Source: Candidatus Micrarchaeia archaeon
Lineage (GTDB): Archaea > Micrarchaeota > Micrarchaeia > Burarchaeales > JACRGF01
NCBI GenBank assembly: GCA_038870455.1
Contig: JAWCPB010000012.1
Location: 1 to 28,433 of the forward strand
Direction: 5' to 3'
Length of the DNA: 28,433 nt
Positions 23,985 through 28,433 of this stretch are shown one piece after another. The position numbers were made by a program, and so were the translations under genes. The notes under the pieces are model-generated. The model was not told the origin of the DNA and did not search any database. It saw only the letters and a list, made by a program, of their open reading frames with translations. Each line of letters starts with the position of its first letter. Positions within the stretch are counted from its first letter, which is position 1.

Positions 23985-26279
23985 TTATTCCCTGAGCCAT
24001 GCCAGCTCCCTGATTATTATCTCCCTCTGCCTGATGTGAATCTCGTCGAGCATCGCGGTGATGCGCTCGGCTTCGAGGTACGCCTTCACCCTCTCCTTTT
24101 GTTTCTCAAAGCCTTCCCCCAGCCTCTGCCTGAGGTTTTTCTCGAGCTCGTTTTCCCCCATGAATTTTGGCGGGTTTTCGCCGAAGCGCGTGGTTATGCC
24201 GTTGAGTTCCCTCTGTGCCGAGCATGCGACGAGGAACAGGTCGCTGGCGGGGTTCCTCACTTCCCTCTCAGAATCGAAAATCTCGTCAGCGTGCTCGGAC
24301 ACGTAGTCTGCCAGCAGCGCGTACGCGCTCTTTTCTTCGGCCTCCGGCCGGTGCCTGCTGTTCTCCTCGACTTTCAGCGCCGCGATAACAACGTCGAACT
24401 TCTTGCCGACCGTCGCCTCCTTGATTCCCCCGCTTTTTTTGAACTCGTGCGCGAACTCTACGGGGGCGAGCTCCACTTCAATCGGCTCCCCTGCGCCGTT
24501 CATCCACAGCGAGACGATGCGCCTGCCTCCTACGCTCAGCCTCTCCGAGTACTCGAATACGACCCTGGAGTCGCGCGCTCCCTTCCTGAGGAGGCCATCC
24601 GCGTTTCTGATGTCGTACACCGCGTCGAAAATGTTTTCTGGCACATACCCTATGCTGTCCGCGGCCTCGTTGAGCGCATGGGCGACGCTGTCGCCCGCGT
24701 TGGCGGGTATCTCCTCGCACAGCGCGTATATCCTCTTGTTGTGCTCGAGCAGCCGGCCGTGCAGCTTCCTCACATACTCCTCGTATTCCGTGAGCGGCTT
24801 GCCGAACACGCTGTAGTTCGCGCCTCTTTTTTTCATCGCGTGTATCATCCTCAGTATGACCTCGGCCGTCTTCTCAGGCGTGAGGTATGCCTCGGGTGGA
24901 TAGAGCCAATCGCCGAGCTTGTACCTCACGTGCGACTTTATCTCCAGGTACGCCCTCAGGATAATCTCCCCCTCGACGGGCGCTGCGAGCGCGAGGTCCC
25001 TGATGCTCTCGAGCAGCCTTTTCTCATTTTCCACTCTCTCGGTTTTTTTGGCGTCGAGAATCTTCTTCTGCTCGCTCTCTATAACCGCCGCCTCGGGCAG
25101 CGCCTGTATGCTCTTGAGGTGCCCAATGTACTTCCTGATATTTCTGCGCTGGCTCCGGTCCAGCTCCCTCTTGAACGCGCCGAGAAAGCTCTCCCACAGC
25201 TCCGCCTCTTTCGGCGAGGTGGCCGTGAAGTCGAAGAACAGGCCACTAAGTGAGTATAACACGCACTCGTATCCCTCCGGTTTTTTCTTGCAGCACAGGC
25301 TGCTGAAGTTTTTGATGAACTCCAGGAGGTCGGATCTCAGGCGCGCGAGCTCGCACAGGAGAACGAACTTTATTTCCGGGCAGTCTTTGTTGAGGATTGT
25401 CTTGAGCATCCTGCTTTTCTTTTCTATGCTGTCGATGATTTCTCCCAGTACGGACAGCCTTCCGTGAAGCTCGCGGACGTCCTCCTCGTTTCCCCCGGTT
25501 TCTTCCCTGAGCATGAACGCGTTGATGAGCTCCAGAAACCTCTCGTACAGGCTGTACTCGAGGCTCCCCCTGAGAAGGTTTTTCTTCTCAACTTCCAGGT
25601 ATCCTTCCACGAACCGGCTGAGCTTCGCCCGCTTTTCTCCATCGAGCCTCTTCGTCAGGGCATCCGCCTCGTCCTTCGTCACCGGCCACTTGCGCTCGGC
25701 GAACAGCAGAACCCTATCAACGAACTTGGCGTGGTCTATCCGCCTGTCCTCCGGCGCCGCGTTCTTCACCCAGTACCCCACCTCCCTGAGCAGCCTCGCG
25801 ACCTCCTCGTCAGGAGCTTTCCTGAGGCCGGCCGCGAACTTGAACAGCTCGCTGGCGGTCTCGTCTTTTTCGCCGAGCACATCAACCAGCTCCACGATAA
25901 CCTCTGACCCAAGCTCTTCCGCGGCCTTCCTTATCTGCTTCAGCGCCTCCCCTGCAGCGGCTCCGGCCGGCTTTCTTGCGTTCAGCGCGCCGTCCACCAG
26001 CCTCCTTTTCTTTTCTGCGATTGAAGCGGTGTCCTTCACGCCGTACATCACCACGCCCTTGTCGCGCCTGAGCCTCGCCAGGTCATCAACGAGCGGGGAA
26101 AACACCTTCTTCAATTCTCTCGGGGTGAACTCGATTTTCCATGACACGCTGGCTTCTTTGGCAAACCATCCGGCGTGCAGTCCGCGGGCTATGGCCCTAA
26201 CCGCAGTGAGCCTGTTGGCCTGCTCGATGGCGGCGTTCTTTCTTGCCTCCTGCTCGAGAAGTTGAATGGGCTTTTCCAT
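23985..26279 (-). CDS. Large soluble, charged, probably alpha-helical hypothetical protein (764 aa)
   Basis: Long E/K/R/L-rich ORF; TTTATTTAAG about 25 bp upstream; no motif recognised. Confidence 0.8.
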   Translation of the reverse strand: MEKPIQLLEQEARKNAAIEQANRLTAVRAIARGLHAGWFAKEASVSWKIEFTPRELKKVFSPLVDDLARLRRDKGVVMYGVKDTASIAEKKRRLVDGALNARKPAGAAAGEALKQIRKAAEELGSEVIVELVDVLGEKDETASELFKFAAGLRKAPDEEVARLLREVGYWVKNAAPEDRRIDHAKFVDRVLLFAERKWPVTKDEADALTKRLDGEKRAKLSRFVEGYLEVEKKNLLRGSLEYSLYERFLELINAFMLREETGGNEEDVRELHGRLSVLGEIIDSIEKKSRMLKTILNKDCPEIKFVLLCELARLRSDLLEFIKNFSSLCCKKKPEGYECVLYSLSGLFFDFTATSPKEAELWESFLGAFKRELDRSQRRNIRKYIGHLKSIQALPEAAVIESEQKKILDAKKTERVENEKRLLESIRDLALAAPVEGEIILRAYLEIKSHVRYKLGDWLYPPEAYLTPEKTAEVILRMIHAMKKRGANYSVFGKPLTEYEEYVRKLHGRLLEHNKRIYALCEEIPANAGDSVAHALNEAADSIGYVPENIFDAVYDIRNADGLLRKGARDSRVVFEYSERLSVGGRRIVSLWMNGAGEPIEVELAPVEFAHEFKKSGGIKEATVGKKFDVVIAALKVEENSRHRPEAEEKSAYALLADYVSEHADEIFDSEREVRNPASDLFLVACSAQRELNGITTRFGENPPKFMGENELEKNLRQRLGEGFEKQKERVKAYLEAERITAMLDEIHIRQREIIIRELAWLRE

Positions 26280-26320
26280 TAACTACTATATTACGCTTTT
26301 CTTAAATAAAAAGGCATTGC

Positions 26321-27235
26321 TTACCCTTCCAGCCTTGCTTTGATTTCCTGCACTGCCCATTCCACGCGCTTGTCCTCGGCCGCAAATTTCTCCAAAACCT
26401 CAAGTGAGGCGCGCCCGCCGAGCACAGCTAGCACGTCCACCACGGCATCCCTCACGCGCGCGTCGCCTTCCTTTTCAAACAGTGTGATCAGGCACCTCTC
26501 TTCGTTTTCTCCGAGTCTTTTTCTGATAGTTATGAGCGCATTCGCGGCATACACCCTCGCATAAACTTCCCCATCGCCGCTTAGAACCCTCAGGAGTGCG
26601 GGATGGGCTTCGTTCTCCAAGAGCTTGAGCGTTTTTTCCGCGCTTTCTCCGCCGGGCTTTTCTCGGAGAGCCAGTGCCATATTTCCCAGCGACTCGGCAG
26701 CGTAAGCACCTTCCAGCCCTCCTCTCCCTACTGCCTTGACCAGCGCGCGCACCGCCTCCTCGCTTTTGAATGTCCCGAGGGCCTTCAACGCGCTTATCGA
26801 AACGCTCTTGTCCCTCTCATGCAGGGCCGTCTCGACCAAGTTGGCCTCGCCAGCCCTGGCCACATTGTCGGGCGCATTCTCGCAGAGTTTGGCAAGCGCC
26901 AGGGCGGCGTCTCCCCTTACTGACGGAAGCATGTTGGCGTCCCTCAGCGTTTCGACAAGAGGATGGAAAGACCTGAATTTCCTGTGGTTAATGCTGAGGG
27001 CGTGCGCCGCTCCCCTCGCAGTCCACTCCTCCCCGTGCTTCAGCTGCCGAACGAGTCCGTAAAACTCCGCCGTCTCGTCTCCCCAGCCGAGCACCCTGCG
27101 CCCAATTCTCGTATTAAGGAGCCTGCGCACAACCCTGCTGGAGTAAAACCTCCTCAGGGGCTCATAACCCGCTTTTGTCGAGAGAATTGCGGAAGGCTTT
27201 GGAATCTCGTCCCTCAAGTTAATCACACAAGCCAA
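26321..27235 (-). CDS. HEAT/PBS-lyase repeat protein
   Basis: Repeats such as VRGDAALALAKL, SISALKALG, YAAESLG, ARVYAANAL, VRDAVVDVL. Start uncertain (TTG 27235 after GAGGT). Confidence 0.8.
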   Translation of the reverse strand: MACVINLRDEIPKPSAILSTKAGYEPLRRFYSSRVVRRLLNTRIGRRVLGWGDETAEFYGLVRQLKHGEEWTARGAAHALSINHRKFRSFHPLVETLRDANMLPSVRGDAALALAKLCENAPDNVARAGEANLVETALHERDKSVSISALKALGTFKSEEAVRALVKAVGRGGLEGAYAAESLGNMALALREKPGGESAEKTLKLLENEAHPALLRVLSGDGEVYARVYAANALITIRKRLGENEERCLITLFEKEGDARVRDAVVDVLAVLGGRASLEVLEKFAAEDKRVEWAVQEIKARLEG

Positions 27236-27346
27236 AAGCAGTTACCTCTTATGCCGTTAGCGATATTTATACCTTTGCAAAAAACCGACCGCAAGCCTTT
27301 TATACAACCTGCGCTATAAGCTCTTATCTTATTCTGGAGGTGTTGT

Positions 27347-27670
27347 ATGAAAAGGCGTACCAGCAGAGCCTATATTCGTTACACCAGGCATCCCGTCAGG
27401 CGCGCGCTCAGGCGTGCCGCGCGGCGTGTCCCCGCCCCGGCCGGCGCAGGCGCTTTGCTCAAGCAGCTGCATTCCAAGCTTCTTCTGCTGAGGGCGAGGG
27501 CCTCGAAGACGAACAGGAGGATGGAGCTCGAGCAAATCGAGGTCGAGCTCAGCGCTCTCGGCAGGGAAGTGGATAGGAGGGGCATCGAGCCTCTCTCCAA
27601 CGAGGTCAGGCTGTTCAGAGAGCACCTGTTCCACAAGATAGTGGGCGACGGCACCGTTGCCTATTACTAA
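27347..27670 (+). CDS. Small basic hypothetical protein
   Basis: GGAGGTG RBS; TTTTATA upstream; 11 Arg in the first 27 residues. Confidence 0.7.
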   Translation: MKRRTSRAYIRYTRHPVRRALRRAARRVPAPAGAGALLKQLHSKLLLLRARASKTNRRMELEQIEVELSALGREVDRRGIEPLSNEVRLFREHLFHKIVGDGTVAYY

Positions 27671-27695
27671 ATATTTTTCTTTTCCTATCTTCCAC

Positions 27696-28433
27696 ATGCA
27701 GCTGCCGGACATTTACGCGGGCGATTACAGGCGCCTCCTCCTCGCCCCAGTCTTTCTTCTTCTCATAGCCGCTTTCTTCATTCCCCGCATTCCCCAAGGC
27801 ATCGAGCTAAAGGGAGGCGTGCTCATCACCCTTCAGGCGAACGGCTCGGTGGATGCCGCCGCGCTCGAGAGCGCGCTTTCCCAAGCGGGCGTGCGCGAGG
27901 TGAGCGTGGCGACTTTCCAGAACCCGCTGGGCACGGTTGTCGAGGTGAGCGTGCCGCAGGAGCCCGCGCTCGCCGAGGCCGAGCGCGCCGTGAGGGAGTT
28001 TTACAAGAAGTACGATGAGGTCACCCGCGAGGAGTACGAGGTCACGAGCTGGGAGAACGCGCTGAGGCAGCCGAACCCACCTCCGAACGCTCAGGCTTCG
28101 CTTGAGGCCGTGAGAGCCAAGCTCGAGGCCGCCAGGACAGAACTCTTTGCAGCAGGCGACCGCATCCTCTCGGCGAGCGAGGCCCTCCTCGGCCCCATTC
28201 CGAGGCCAGCAGTCCTTTCTTCGAAAGACTATAGGGAACTCGTCGACTCCTCTTTCTCTAAGGCGAAGGAGGCCTACAGGAACCGCCTGCTGGCCGCCGT
28301 CAGCTCAACCATTTCCTATTCCTCGCTGAGCTTCAAGGACGTCTCGCCCACGCTCAGCGAGTTCTTTCTCCAGAAGGCCGTCGGCGTTGTTCTCTTCTCG
28401 GCGGCCCTCAGCGCCATAGTCGTTTTCCTCGTC
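27696..28433 (+). CDS. secF: Protein translocase subunit SecF, 3' end beyond window
   Basis: Not in the ORF track. Manual translation: MQLPDIYAGDYRRLLLAPVFLLLIAAFFIPRIPQGIELKGGVLIT...KDVSPTLSEFFLQKAVGVVLFSAALSAIVVFLV, matching the GIxxxGG and VxPTL motifs. Confidence 0.88.
   Translation, partial: MQLPDIYAGDYRRLLLAPVFLLLIAAFFIPRIPQGIELKGGVLITLQANGSVDAAALESALSQAGVREVSVATFQNPLGTVVEVSVPQEPALAEAERAVREFYKKYDEVTREEYEVTSWENALRQPNPPPNAQASLEAVRAKLEAARTELFAAGDRILSASEALLGPIPRPAVLSSKDYRELVDSSFSKAKEAYRNRLLAAVSSTISYSSLSFKDVSPTLSEFFLQKAVGVVLFSAALSAIVVFLV

Noticed and set aside
22849-27695. Intact provirus or integrative element at tRNA-Leu
   Set aside because: No integrase, no structural genes and no duplicated tRNA 3' end found by eye.

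Overview
Archaeal chromosomal window (archaeal BRE/TATA promoters, GGAGGTGA RBSs, CCA-less tRNA, archaeal-type CoaBC, ArgRS and SecF). The accessory gene mix suggests a DPANN/Micrarchaeota-like organism, which is an inference. Bases 1-21.3 kb hold a dense amino-acid biosynthesis cluster: coaBC (partial), two tandem argG paralogs, argJ-argB-argD-short argA, the DAP-aminotransferase lysine route (dapA, dapB, dapL, dapF, lysA), an Lrp/AsnC regulator and argS. Interleaved are cell-surface and redox genes: a secreted Lon-type protease, an NHL-repeat glycoprotein, a thioredoxin-TM fusion, an atypical cupredoxin and a small His-bearing membrane protein. To the right are a 3-unit hairpin + mirror-repeat (intrastrand-triplex-like) array, a divergent RelA/SpoT-type HD protein, tRNA-Leu(CAG), four orphan-like genes (one HExxH, one HEAT-repeat) and secF (partial). 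The most notable items are (i) the second argG copy, which keeps the ATP and aspartate motifs but has a remodelled citrulline pocket including Glu->Lys, and (ii) the structurally covarying triplex-like array next to the HD gene.
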